Below, piece after piece: positions 52,514 to 64,000 of a DNA stretch of 64,000 bases. A model generated the notes under the pieces. That model did no database searches and had not been told where the DNA came from. It saw only the letters and a program-made list of their open reading frames with translations. The position numbers and the translations under genes were made by a program. Within the stretch, counting starts at the first letter, position 1, and each line of letters starts with the position of its first letter. Source of the stretch: Tubiluchus corallicola (Eukaryota > Animalia > Priapulida); the NCBI GenBank assembly GCA_030141605.1, contig JAQGDQ010000087.1, positions 62,001 to 126,000 on the forward strand. Reading direction: 5' to 3'.

Positions 52514-53299
52514 TCGTTCTTGGCATGGAACCTTTTAGTGCCTATAAACGAAGAAGACGCAGTGGTCAAGCACTATGTCCTAGCTGCAATAATATGCTAA
52601 TCATCACTTAAATATTGTACTTTTATTACACAGAATAGAAAAGTTGAAAATTTAACATCAGTGAAATGCTAGCAAGAATAACCTTGAGCAAAATGACAAT
52701 CAAGATTAGACATAACATTCTTTCAAATCTATTTTTAATTTCACGTAGGTTGAGAAATATAACACTAGTTTATCAACATACTCACCTTTAATGTTTACAT
52801 ATACTGAAGCATGCATTCAATAATTGAAACAATATAAGTTTGACAGATTAATAAAATGCTAATTTACAAATGGAGAAGTTGAATTACAGCCGTTGTTAAA
52901 CTTCTCATCTAGAATCACACGATAGTTCTCAAAATGAACTTTAGTTCTCAATGATTCCGTAAAAATTGATAAATAGTTTCTAAACATTTTATATGGCCTG
53001 GATCTAGGGAACTGGACGCATTATAAAGGCAGATTACCAATAACGACAACGACAACAACAAAAGGAATCTTAGCTGATGGTATTATAAAGACATGTGGTG
53101 TCATCAGCTGACAAGAAAGATAATAACAGTGATCTAGTGCAGCTTTGAGTGCAGCAATCAGACACGTTATTTCTGTAGCGAATCATGCTGTCGCAGAGAC
53201 CCAACACAATTTAATCGTTCAAACCCGAAGCGCACAGACAATAAAACATGCTTAATATCTTTGTCAATTTCCAGCTCAATTTCCTCCAGATTTATCTTC

Positions 53300-53730
53300 C
53301 AGAAAACTACTGGCTTGTTTGCCTTGTCAAATCGCCGTACTTTTCGCAAACATTTCGCTTTGCCGCCGAGGAAGTTTCGCTAACGTATTTGAATATGCAT
53401 GAAGAGCGATTTATGAAATGATATAAAATTTCTTCCTGGTGGCGTATGCAACACTGTAGAAATGTATTTTCGCCACTACGATTTTCACAAGCTTGAGAAT
53501 AGTAAGCGAAAATGTGGCAAACAGTTATATGAAAATTTTCCATAATATAGATTTACATGTTTTTCACATGCTAATCTAGCAGCACATTGTCGCTAACAAT
53601 TATTATACGCAAATTCTTGCCATTACTGATAACACGCAAAGTTAGCTGAAATAACGCAAAGACGTTAATGCGAAGAATAAACATGGCGTCATGATCCGCA
53701 CAACAAGAAACTTCGGTACGTCACAGATTT
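53300..53730. promoter_or_regulatory. Putative promoter/first-exon region upstream of IMMP2L
   Basis: Locally CpG-rich; TGTGACGTAC on minus at 53716-53725 (same 10-mer as in the PHRF1 promoter); YY1-like AACATGGCG 53680-53688. Confidence 0.5.
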
Positions 53731-54159
53731 AAGATCTTATTCTTAAATTATAAAAAAATAACGTTGAGTGTATCTTATAATGCTGGAAACCTTGGACGTG
53801 GGCAACTAACTTAGACAGGTCCGACCAAAGGTCAATTCCTAACTCGAGGAAGGGATTTTCCATTACTTTTTTCGTTTTTAAACTAGAATTTAAACGCATT
53901 TATTTGCTGAATTGACCAAAGACTTAAAAGCAAAAAAACCTGCACACAGTGTTATTACTATACTTGATTAGTATGGGTAAATTAAAAGACGGCAATAATT
54001 AATTACACTTCATTAAATATTAATGAGGTAAATTGCTTGGTTTCAGCGTCAATATGAAAGCAAATATTGAAGAGTTAAAGGCGAGGATTCTATGCAATTA
54101 GGTCAATGGGCAAATTAAAATGCAGCTTCAAACAACGAACATTTTAGCGCAATTAATGC

Positions 54160-54204
54160 GCACACGCACACGCACACACACACACACACACACGCACGCA
54201 CACA
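54160..54204. repeat. (CA)n/(CACG)n microsatellite
   Basis: Direct reading. Confidence 0.9.
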
Positions 54205-54638
54205 TATCGTGGACACCAGCAACTAAACAGTCAAATTATCGTAAATCTATCATTTAACAAAGATTTAAAAACAAGCAGTATTAAGTACCTGTAGTTGTGA
54301 GTATTTTATGCGTAAAACTTTACTTGGAAAATCGGAACAGCACAAAAATCAAACCAGTATTTTAAACTTCCACACAAAAATCTGCTTAACTCATTGCTGA
54401 AACGCAACTTATAATTAACTTAATTAACTAAACTAACTAGACAAATACATAATATTTAGATGAATAAGTAATTCGAAAATGCACAGATTAACACTAAAAA
54501 GTTAATTTCAAAATGGTAAGCTACAACATTATAATGCTAGGTGCGTACCACACACGCACATGAATTATGTATCTAATATCTTAATATCATCAAATTTTAC
54601 TAAGTAAGGGTGGGATGAATTCACAATTAATAATTTAA

Positions 54639-55900
54639 TGTAAAGTTTGAAACAAACTTGACTTAAAAGAAGGAAACATGAAAAAATCGGGAATAAGCTA
54701 AGTTAAGTCTGGATTTAAACCAAAGACCTTTCAATTGTTGAAATTAATAGTAACTCTATTGAAATTAAGATTAGAAACACTTAACTCTTGGGTCATTCTC
54801 AGCTCCAAATTACGAAAAAAGAGGAAATTGACTAATAAATGGGATGAAAGTGCTGAATTAGTTAGCGAATTATTAGGAATGAGACTTGATTTAATAACAA
54901 GAGGCTGTGGTCTAGTTACCAGTACAGTTGTTAATGTCACTAGAATTGTGAGACAGAGTGCTTAATTCGAAACCACGTTCAATCTCGAATTTTTACACCC
55001 CTCCACTCAAAATTGGCCTTGTCAATGGAATCAGGGATTTTTCCTTTTTTGTTTTTCTTTGCTCTTTTATGTTTTTTATTTTTTGTTCTTCCACCTTTTT
55101 CTTTTTTTCCTGTAAGCAGTGAGTTTCTTTGAGTGAGTTGGCTTAGAAGAGGTTTTCAGTTTTCGTTTTCTTCTCATCCTAGCGAAGCTGTACAGTGTGT
55201 ACCCGAAATCCAAATACAGGTGAGGTTCCTCCTGATGGCTCCAGATGGGGTGTAGTTGTGTGTGGTGTGGTTAGGGTAGGGCGTTTAGCCTTGGTAGGTC
55301 TGTATTGTTTTGATTCCAGTTCATATCAAAATTTCACAAAAAAGGGTAAAAAGTTCCAAAATAATTCCTCATCGGAATTTGGAAGCGTGGGTAGTGTTGG
55401 CAGTAGTCCACTAAAAGTAAAAGCTGCTAGGTTTTGGCTGCAGTAGAGCTGCATCGCTGTTGTATCAACTAAACGTACCCCTCTGTATCTTCGTGCGAGA
55501 CCTATGTGGAAACGAGCTCGGAAGTAGAAAACACCCTTCTCTCTGGATATTGGACGGGGATGGGCAAAACTGATTACAATTATACCTAATAGGCCAATAC
55601 ACAAACATGTATATTCAAACGCTCTGGCAATTTTCGAAAATCCCCTGCACTTTGAGATGTTCACAGCGGCATTAATCAATCTTAGGAAGACGTATTTCTT
55701 GGCGAGAGTCCAACTGTCCAACGACTTTGGGAAGAAAATGAGCCCATAAATTCAGAGCAATTTCTCTCTCGTCGAGCAAACAGAAGAGACGGCAATGGCT
55801 TCGGGTGAAATTTATTGGTGGAAAGAGGAATAATCAAACAGTGTGGTACCTCCAGGGCATCTTGTGTTATTATTCATGGTTGAAAAGCACCAGTAGGTCT
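54639..55900 (-). mobile_element. Truncated LTR retrotransposon: 3' LTR 54997..54639, polypurine tract and decayed internal sequence
   Basis: Minus strand GAGTGGAGGGG directly followed by TGTAAA...TTTACA (359 bp); no second LTR found; internal boundary approximate. Confidence 0.55.
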
Positions 55901-57387
55901 ATACGCAGTGTTGATATCAAATCACTCATTTAGGAATTGTCAAAGTGATTTAGCAATAATAAATCAGACAAACAATCTCTGTCCCCCACTCTCTCTCCCC
56001 TTTCCTCCTGGCCTCTGTCCCCCATGCTTCCCTATCTGTCTCACTGATTAAAAGAATAAATAAGCAAATGAAATAAAAAACAAACAAATTAGCAAATAAG
56101 TGAGTGACTGAATGCGAAAGCAAATAAGAGTATGTGAATGACAAGTGAGTGCGTTGGGAAGTAACAAGTGATGAAGTGAGTGAATCAATGAGTAATTTAA
56201 TTTACGCAAAACTTTTTGTCGATTCGTCAAATGCACTTGCAGTCTAGCAAAATCATTTCTCGGTGTCAATTAACATGTATGAGTATATGAAATTTTATCA
56301 AAAATAGTCTACGCCTCAGTGTAGAATGAGTTGAGTGTTTTTTGCGACTTCTTAGTTTTATGTACAGCCTACAATAGACTTTACAGCATTTAACTGTTAA
56401 TCTACTTATATCATGATTCGGATCACACCAGCTAATCAATATTCTTACTTTCGTGCTAAAAAATGCAAAATCAATGGAAAAGTCATGGAATCAATGTCAC
56501 AGTCACGTGGTCTCTCGCTCTCAATCTACAAACCTAAATCCATTTAGACCACGTCGGATTTAACCGTGTATTCGTTAATGGAGACCGAACTCAAACACAA
56601 GTTCTTGCTAAAGCTAGCCCCGCAAGGAGATTTTCCTGACGGATGCAAGCGTTATCACGGAAAGTGAAAATGTATAATAAAAATGAAATTTACAGTACCG
56701 AAATGCACAAATGAATTTTCAAGTGTCCCATAGTTAGACGTACATGGATCTTTTACTACAACAGGTTCTCAGGCGCAGATAATGCTATTTCTTTAACAAC
56801 TTATTAATCATAATAAAGAAACAACTACTGTACTGCAATTAATCATTGTAAAGTACAAATATTTAGCTATTCGAAGGCAGATTGGTGCTGCTACCGGGCC
56901 GTATTTCGTTGTTTTGAATTGTCTGTTTTGATGGTTCAGTTAAGGTCGAATAAGATCACCGAAATTTGCTTTTATGACGTTCAAAAATATCCTATCATAG
57001 ACGATGGCTTCTACTGCATGAAGTGCCCAAACGTACTCTTATTTTTCGAATGCTAGTATCATATTGCACCAACACTGCGTTTTGATCACAGATCTAGACG
57101 TAACCCCGAACAATGTATAAGAAATGAAGTAAAAGTATATTCGCGAAACTTATGAATATTCTCTTTTTTCACTAGCTGCTAGCATAATCAGCTCTGCGGT
57201 TTCTATGATACACCAAGGTTTTTTCACTACAGTCAGTTACAACCACTCAGCTAGTGTATGAAACAGATGTCTCTGTTGTTCCCTGATCCATGTCGGGATT
57301 GTCGGCTATGTTTGGAACAATCTTTAAAAAATGTTCACAGCAAAATGTTTACTTTGAGAAAATTCTGCTCATGTCCTTGATTATACA

Positions 57388-57760
57388 CAGGGTCGGATGA
57401 TCCTATAGGCGAGTATAGGCTGCAGCCTGGGCCCTGGGGTCCTGCAAACTGGGGGACCTCCAGTTTTTGGTAACATTTGGTAAAAAATTCTGTTTTTTCA
57501 CTACAGCTGTGTTGAAATATGTGCTAATTTGGTTCGCAATAAATAGTAAAGTAGTTGTATTTCTAAAGAATATTCTTATTGACAAATAAAAGATAGCTAT
57601 TATGCTTTATTTAAAGAATTTGCAATATGTTTACTTCAAGCTATGTAAATGCCGTTAAAATATCCCCCCCCCCCGGGAAAAACTACTCAATACGGGTGCG
57701 GGCGAGTTAGAGAGTGACTCCGTCTGAAGTGGAGCCCCTAAAGGTCATACTACGGCCCTG
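57388..57760. mobile_element. hAT-type MITE, 373 bp
   Basis: Termini CAGGGTCG...CGGCCCTG; 8-bp target duplication ATTATACA/GTTATACA (7/8). Confidence 0.75.
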
Positions 57761-60728
57761 GTTATACATGTATGAACACATGGCTAAATACTGTAGACAT
57801 ATTTTTGTTTTCTAGGCAGTTTAATTCGAAGAACTAGTAACATCAGAAAAAATAATTATATTGTATGTACTTCTACACATCGAGCGCAAGTGAATTTCCG
57901 ACTACAGACGTGGAACGTGTTGCAAACTCATCAAAATGGAAGAGTAATAAGGGATGATTAAAACAAACAATAAGCTAATTCTATTGCAAAACAATGACTT
58001 TGAGCGTACTCCAAAAATACGTGAAGCGGGTATAACCGCCACCTGTCAAAGTGGTAGTTAACAGGATAATCTAGTTTACTTTGACAAGGTAACCCAGTGA
58101 AATGACCAAGCATGAAACCGTTGGCTCCACGTGCGATAATTTAGAACAGTGCTGGTCTGTCACAGATGCTGTCATTAGTAACAGGAGGCATCTTTATTGT
58201 TCCAAACCAATAGCTGCAGGTGAGATGAGGTCAGCTACCCTGCCCGATTCTGAGCTCCAGTAATGCACGCCATGGATGGTGGGTGGAAGTGGGTGAATTA
58301 TGCGTCAGTCAAGTGAGGATGAACAGTAAACACAGTAAGTGTTGTTTGTATAGAGCCAGTAATTAAGTTGATAAGCCGAATAACACGGATGGAACATCCT
58401 CAATTCTGACAACACAACTAACAGTATAGTTGTGTTTCACACTTGTACAATGTACAACCACTACTACTATTTATTTGCTGCTTTTCTATCATAATGACTA
58501 TAGGTCTACTAAAGAAAGCGGACAAAAGTTTATTTTTATTCAATTGAGTACTAACAATGACGCTTAAAAATGTAACAAAAAATGCAGCAAAAATTAACCC
58601 CCACTCGGCAAGTTTACGATTAAGTCTTCAAAATCAACATTCAGAAAAATTCTATATTGATTACGCATAAGACAGCTATTAGTTCATCATTGCATAGTAA
58701 AAATAAAACAAATATAATATTTTGTTAGGTATATTTATATCGGTCAGGTATGACTGCTTTTATTTTATGCGGTAGTACTGTCTAAAAACTGTTCACGTTT
58801 CTCTTCACGCATCAATTACAAACAAAATTTAATGAGATTAAGGCCTACTTGATGGTGTCTTTCCGTCGCGGAATGAGAATAATTTCGTTTCTGGGTGCAG
58901 AAACTTTTGAAGTGGAAGTGAAGATTCCTTAGGGGAGCTTAAACTCTCTTGAATTAGTTGAGAACTGCCGTTGAGAAATTAAAACGCCAGCCACCGTGTA
59001 ACTGTAATGCGATCAAATCCTGCACAAGTAGGTGAATGGATGGGATAGGCCAGAGACTGAGGTGTTTTTTTTGGAAATCAGAAGCTTCTTTAAAAGCCCA
59101 AATGATGTATGACACATCAAGTGTTTGCTCCCCCTTCCCAACCCTAGGTCAAAAAGCTTCTCCTTTCTTCACTGATTTGGGCATTAAGTGTTAATACAGA
59201 AAATTCGCTTATAAAAATACAATTAAACAAGCAAAGGGCAAAAACTTGTCGTTACATGATGCAATCGATCATAGCAAAACAAGGTAGAAAATTTTGAAAC
59301 TGTTATTAATTATTACTGTGTACGTGAACTCATTCAAGTCCAACATTTACAAAAGACGTTTACAATATGGACGTGGATAGCTGGACAGTTGGAGTCCCTG
59401 TAAAAAGGATGCCCAATGCCACAGATTCCTTAACGATGGTAGATAAATAATTAACGCTTTTTGTACAATACAAGCAAACGGTTTCGGTTCCTAGTTTTGC
59501 AGTCGCCATGAATTTTGCCATGAACACAGTTCAGATTTCGGACTTCTCTGCACTGCAAAACGAAAAGCACATATATTAACCCTCAAATCGAAAATCTACA
59601 TTCTAGTACTCATGCAGTGTATGTCACGATATAAGGTGAAGATATCTGGCAGCTAGAATTACTGCTAGATGTTTTCCAAGCGGGTCATGCAACTCAGATT
59701 CGTGCATTAAGCAAGATTTTCTCAAGCGTAATCATTAGCCCGGAGCGCAAACTTACAAATCTTCGCAATTAAAGAGGTGCAGATATGAGGTAGAAAGGTG
59801 TGGACCCTCGAGTCATTGACTGAGATATCGAAGATGACACACAGGCAACAAGCGGCAAACCGGTTTCATTTTTCACATATTTGCCTATAATGGCTGTTAT
59901 GTTTACCGATATGAACTTCTACACTAGAGCATTACAATCGTTTTTATCACAAAACAGCGCCCCCTCCTTCCCACAGCGATTCCCAGCACGGTTAGCATAA
60001 TCGCAAAATGAAAGTCTTCTCTGTTCTCTTTATTCAAACTCTAAACGTAAATGAAATGCATACCAAAGAGACAGAACGATCCGTGGCAAATGTACATTGC
60101 AATTTGTCATGTTTGTATAAATTATTTATTATAGGTTTTCACTGCTTAGATAAATGAGCATTGACTCAAGCAATATGTTTCCATCAAACTTAATGTGGCA
60201 TTTTCTGGTAAATATTGGTTAATGTAGATAATACGCTGCGTCACAGTTGTGTTTCACATGGCTACAATAAATGACAAAGACAGTTCCAACGAGAAGGGTT
60301 TTCGTGTTAAATTTTGAACATTACAGCTGGGGCGATGAATAGCTGAGTGGTCACTGTATGTGCCTTGCAAATCACACTAAGCAACTCAGATCTTGATAAA
60401 CAAATTGAAGTTTGATTGCCAAGAAAACTGCTTCTGACATACTGCCTCCATTGGTTTACCTCATTCATCGCGCATGCGTACACAGATGCTTGTGGCAAGA
60501 AGACACCTGGAAATGCCAGTTCAATGTTCCACCTTTGAGGATTACCTTGGTAAGAAGCTACACTTGGTACTGGCACAACCATCTGCATTAAGCAAGCCCT
60601 AAAGTTGCGCCCTGGACATTCTGTCATTTAGTATACTATACCATTTCATACACATAAATAGGTACAATAGATTCTACAGATGGTATTCGATAACAAAATT
60701 ACAATATTATGTATGCCGTGCATCAGTA

Positions 60729-61658
60729 CCGTAAGACGGGGTGAATAGGGACAGTTTTTACATTTAAACTGGCATAAAATTCTTTTTAGTTTTTTATTCT
60801 AAATTGTGTTTTTGGTAGTTATATGTCCAGATACACAATTTATCTTTTGAAGGTATTCTTTTTACGATAAAAACATACATTGTTTTTTATTTAAAAACCA
60901 GTGTTCCTATTCACCCCAAAATCGGACAGTCTTATCTTTAGTTCTTGTAACCATCTTACAATACATGAGGTGAAAAGGGACACAAATTAGGTTTCAAAAA
61001 ACGTGTTTTAAAATCAGTTACTTTGATATCTATAATAAATTTACAAAGTTGGGTTAGATAGCACTGCTCCTAGATAGTACAATCTGTTGCATATTATCAA
61101 ACATCAAAATTCGTCATTCTTTCCAATTAACTTCGTATCTTAGAACTAAACCCAACTTTTTAGAATGGGCTGTAGCTTCCAAAACTTGCTCATTGTATTG
61201 TGTTGTTCTTGTGTTGTTTTACTGTATTATGCTCCAGTAAAGAGTCGTTTACACGTGCATGGCATGCTGTCCTGATTCCAACGCGTTCTTATACCAAACT
61301 AAATCTAAAACTGCTAAAAAATATAGAGTGACTCAAAACTGAAAAAAATCGTTAGGTATTACTGAAGAATGAGAAGATAAGTCACACAACTACCAGCGAC
61401 AAAATAACCACATCTGGCCCACTGATTAAGCCCGTGCAAGAAAAGTTTAGACTACCATTATTTTTTATTAGTATGCCTTCAGTTTTACAGTTGCCATGAC
61501 AACCAGGAGTGAATTCACAATGATATACAGTCCTTGGTAGATAGCACATGTACCCCCTTGGTTTATAAAATTATAAGGAACTGTACGTTGCCTATTCCTG
61601 TAACGTAGTAGGAACTTTTCTTGGGTTTTGACCCTATTCACCCCCACCCCTTTTACGG
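60729..61658. mobile_element. Tc1/pogo-type MITE, 930 bp
   Basis: TA|CCGTAAGACGGGGTGAATAGGG ... CCCTATTCACCCC(CACCCC)TTTTACGG|TA; internal TIR-like copies at about 60901 and 60968. Confidence 0.8.
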
Positions 61659-62774
61659 TAACTTTTTAATGGCAATCAAGATAATTATATCGAATCAAAT
61701 TTATTTTGCAGTCAGTTTGTAAAGATGATAATGGCATCTAATGATTTTTATTTATACGGGGCCAGTATTACAGAATGTAATATTCGCTCCGCTTACATAT
61801 AAATACACGTATATACAACTTACTGTGAAACTTAAGGGGAAACTTGAGAATCAGCAAACTGGGTAATCAGTTCGTTATAGCGAAGTCCCTTTAAATGACA
61901 AATGTGCTATTTTGTTAAATAGTACTTATTATTTCATTCATTTTATTTCACATCTTCCTCCTACTGGTTAGGTAAAGTTTTTCATTTTCCACATCCAAGT
62001 TTTTCATCAAAGGTCACGTATGATTAAGAAACTTCTAAAATACACTCAGAGCATGAAAGAAGTATGTGTTAACACTCCTTGTCCACTGGAGGTCACTACT
62101 GTTTTGTTCTGTCAGGCTTACCATGATTTACAAAAAAACTCCTTTCAAAACGCAAAAAACTTGTACGCAATAGAAATTACTGTACAGGATGTAAAAAAAT
62201 GAGGCTACAGTACACCTGTGACATAAGTACAAACCGTGTTAAGGCAGGCCCCAGTCCAGTTGTTTTATACGGCATGCTTGGCATTTAGCACCAATAAATT
62301 ACTAATCTACCCACCAAGCGTGGCAAATCACTTACAGTGTAATCACATTCACATATTGTAGGAGGAAGTTTGGCCAGGAAGCTGAAATGTCAGAGACTAG
62401 GTTAATTTAAATCGATCTCTTATCCGGCCTTACCGCTGGTTCACAAAATTTTGATAATTAACATTGACAGCCTGCTGTAGCATACACGACAGGTGAAACC
62501 AGGTGTAACATTCAAGCTTAACCAATTTCCCTAGTTAATATGCACATAATGATGCACATGAATTATTCAAAATTTTCTACTTTAATGTACCATAAAAGGT
62601 GTGTTAACCAATTACTTAACGTTTTACAATTTTCCGAGTAACAGCTAAACACAAGTAAAATATGGAATGCAACTGAAAAAAGTTAACAACAAACCATTAA
62701 GTAAGAAACCTTTGCCAATTAACGATGGAATAAGTCATTCTTTAGATGAAAGAGATCTGAAAATACGAAAAAGT

Positions 62775-62840
62775 CGGACTGAATCTGGATGTGAACCAAA
62801 AGCCGTAGGAATACAAGTTTGCGAACACTGGATTTGCCAG
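62775..62840 (-). mobile_element. Possible decayed tRNA-derived SINE head
   Basis: B-box-like GGTTCACATCC downstream of an anticodon-loop-like CTTGTAT; no intact cloverleaf. Confidence 0.25.
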
Positions 62841-62884
62841 TTTTTTTTGCAATTATGACAGATCTTTACGTTTCGCCAACTGGT

Positions 62885-63500
62885 TGTCTGCATCATAACT
62901 GTACTAAATGTTAGCAATGTTATTACTGAAAGTAAATAATCAATGAACCATGCTAGTATTGAAATCATTGAGTCTTGCCAGTACTGAATCTATGGGATAT
63001 CATCAGTGAACCATGCCAGTACTGAAGGACATAATATTAACTACCATACATACCGATCACGTTAATAAGGAACAAACCGGTCATATTACTAAGGAATTTA
63101 TGTTCATAATACACCAACCATGTAAGGTACAGACTGTCTAAAAGTGCTCAGTTATGCCAGAACATAATTTTCCTAATACAAAAGCCAGGACGGTACCAAA
63201 TTTTTCATCACATTAGCTATGACAGTGTACTAGCAACCACATAGCCATGCCAGAACCAAATGTGGGAAAAACATGCCAACGATTCTAATACTGAAAGTTA
63301 GCAGCAAGAATTCTGGCGTGTCAATATAAAATATTACCTCAACACGATAAACTGCAAACCTATCATGAACTCTAGTTCAATGGCTCTTGCAATACTAAAT
63401 GTTTGTGCATGTATCACAAAAGCTGCTTCAGTAAGAACAGGCGTCGCCATGCCAGTACTGAATGTTTTTAGTAAACTATTCATAACCAGTAATAAATGCT
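62885..63500. repeat. Degenerate array of an about 16-bp motif (CCATGCCAGTACTGAA) separated by variable spacers
   Basis: Exact copies at about 63011 and 63447, near copies at about 62948, 62973, 63151, 63245, and weaker ones at roughly 25-40 bp spacing. Confidence 0.6.
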
Positions 63501-64000
63501 GCTTCCATATACTATAGAAATACGCAGACACACGCAAATATAGAACTACTAAAATACCACAATAACAACTATAATTTAAAGAAAAATGAAGCTTACTGTA
63601 ATTTACACATCCACGTCTAACAACTGTTGGGTTTGCAGTGCTACTCAGAGCTCAGATAAATTTCAATACACTTAGGCGCAGCTCGCTTTTCCTTTATTTT
63701 GTACGGCAGAACCAGTAAATACCGCGCTAACCTCAATCCAAGGCAAGACTCACACTGCAACGAATTCCCGAAACCGTTAACGAATTTTAGTTCACAATTC
63801 ACTCTCACACCATTCACTGCTGTTCAGCATCGCCGAGGACTGGAGGAAATCGATGCTACTTTGCTGCACGACACAGCTGAATGAGTTCAAACTACACTGC
63901 ACAGGGAACACACGGAATTGTTCAAATGTTTATGCCTTCTTAGAAGTATCGTAAATGCTTATAATGCTCTTCAACGTAACACCAAATAACATTTCAGCTA

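Noticed and set aside
60307-60627. 106-aa minus-strand ORF
   Set aside because: No recognisable homology or consistent exon chain

Overview
AT-rich, intron-containing animal DNA (invertebrate; a lophotrochozoan is a guess from the repeat types). Three protein genes can be built from splice signals and reading frame. (1) PHRF1/SCAF11-family RING-PHD-SR protein on +: 15 coding exons, 3256..23119, about 2855 aa, including a 6146-nt exon. (2) PACSIN/syndapin (F-BAR, NPF, SH3) on -: 9 coding exons, 43102..27236, 459 aa, tail-to-tail with PHRF1. (3) IMMP2L mitochondrial inner-membrane peptidase on -, with an intronless CDS (52513..51950) upstream of PACSIN on the same strand. Introns hold Tc1/pogo-type and hAT-type MITEs, CR1-like LINE fragments, a truncated LTR element and several minisatellites. 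The most notable observations are: a duplicated PACSIN exon predicting an SH3-less isoform; tandem-duplicated PHRF1 micro-exons; a possible 5' leader shared by IMMP2L and PACSIN; novel repeats in the giant PHRF1 exon; a 77-bp array resembling an amplified rolling-circle element end; a perfect 34-bp hairpin; and a motif-plus-variable-spacer array near 63 kb. No rRNA, intact tRNA or CRISPR array was seen. All models were derived by eye, without transcript evidence.
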